Assembly: GCF_006345805.1 (NCBI RefSeq)
Contig: NC_043002.1
Coordinates: 19,406,001-19,470,000 of the forward strand
Reading direction: 5' to 3'
From: Octopus sinensis
Lineage: Eukaryota
Length of the DNA: 64,000 nt
Part shown: piece after piece, positions 63,395 through 64,000 of the stretch
Position numbering within the stretch: position 1 is the stretch's first letter
Layout: each line of letters starts with the position of its first letter
The notes under the pieces: model-generated
Database searches by the model: none
Told to the model about the DNA's origin: nothing
Seen by the model: only the letters and a program-made list of their open reading frames with translations
Made by a program: the position numbers and the translations under genes

Positions 63395-63608
63395 GCACAC
63401 ATAATACATACATGCACACATACATACATGCACACATACATACATGCATACATATATACATGCACACATACATACATACATGCACACATACATACATGCA
63501 CACATACATACACACATACATACATGCACACATACATACATGCATGCACACATACATACATAAATGCACACATATATACATGAACACATACATGCACACA
63601 TACATACA
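63395..63608. repeat. (tacatacatgcacaca)-type compound minisatellite
   Basis: About 11 units of 16-20 bp, seen directly. Confidence 0.9.
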
Positions 63609-64000
63609 TTTTCCATTTACTTCGTTTTAGTAGGTTAAACGCATTATCTGTATCAATTATCTTTAGCTTCTTTAGCTTAAGAAGCCTTTCTATAAGACTT
63701 CCATGTAAATAAATGGAAAAAAATATGTTTTTCTTAAAGTATTTTTCTCCCATATCCTTGTTATTTATATTTCATACACATTTCACTTTTTCTTTTACAT
63801 TTATGAAATAGATTGAATGCGTGTGTGTATGTATCTATCTATCTGTGCATGGATGTGTTTGCATGTAAATTTGGATGCATGAAACTTGAACACTGAATAA
63901 TTGATGGAGTTGATTTTTAACCTCAAAAATATTTATAGACACATACAGTTGGGTAAAGAAAAATAACATGGCAGGCTTCTGCACAGTTTCAATTTGTGAA

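Larger units (their letters stand above)
9031..64000 (+). other. Probable very large phase-2 intron of the SMP-domain gene, running past the window end
   Basis: Donor at 9031; manual scan of AG acceptors found no exon continuing an SMP-like frame. A short exon could have been missed. Confidence 0.5.

Overview
AT-rich eukaryotic (animal) genomic DNA, dense in microsatellites. The SINE/LINE landscape and the TA/CA/CT repeats best match an octopus-type (coleoid cephalopod) genome; this is inferred from remembered repeat families, not from a database search. Only one convincing host-gene exon was found: the first coding exon (+, 8714-9030) of a membrane-anchored SMP-domain, extended-synaptotagmin/tricalbin-like protein. 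No downstream exon was found, so the remaining ~55 kb appears to be one intron. It is filled with several modular SINE families, decayed RTE and CR1-like LINE pieces, two Ty3/Gypsy integrase fragments (one with an intact 366-bp LTR and PPT), piggyBac-type and other MITEs, and a Helentron-like non-autonomous element. No CRISPR, rRNA or genuine tRNA genes were seen, and most ORFs in the track are microsatellite artefacts. The most unusual structure is at 46.8-47.5 kb: a TA-bounded, probably Penelope-like insertion with a perfect 149-bp inverted repeat (26-nt spacer) next to a minimal, dimer-type hammerhead ribozyme motif. Three further local inverted duplications occur (6.7/7.5 kb, 40.1/42.3 kb, 49.7/50.5 kb); the two intronic ones, like the hairpin, would fold the pre-mRNA into long dsRNA.
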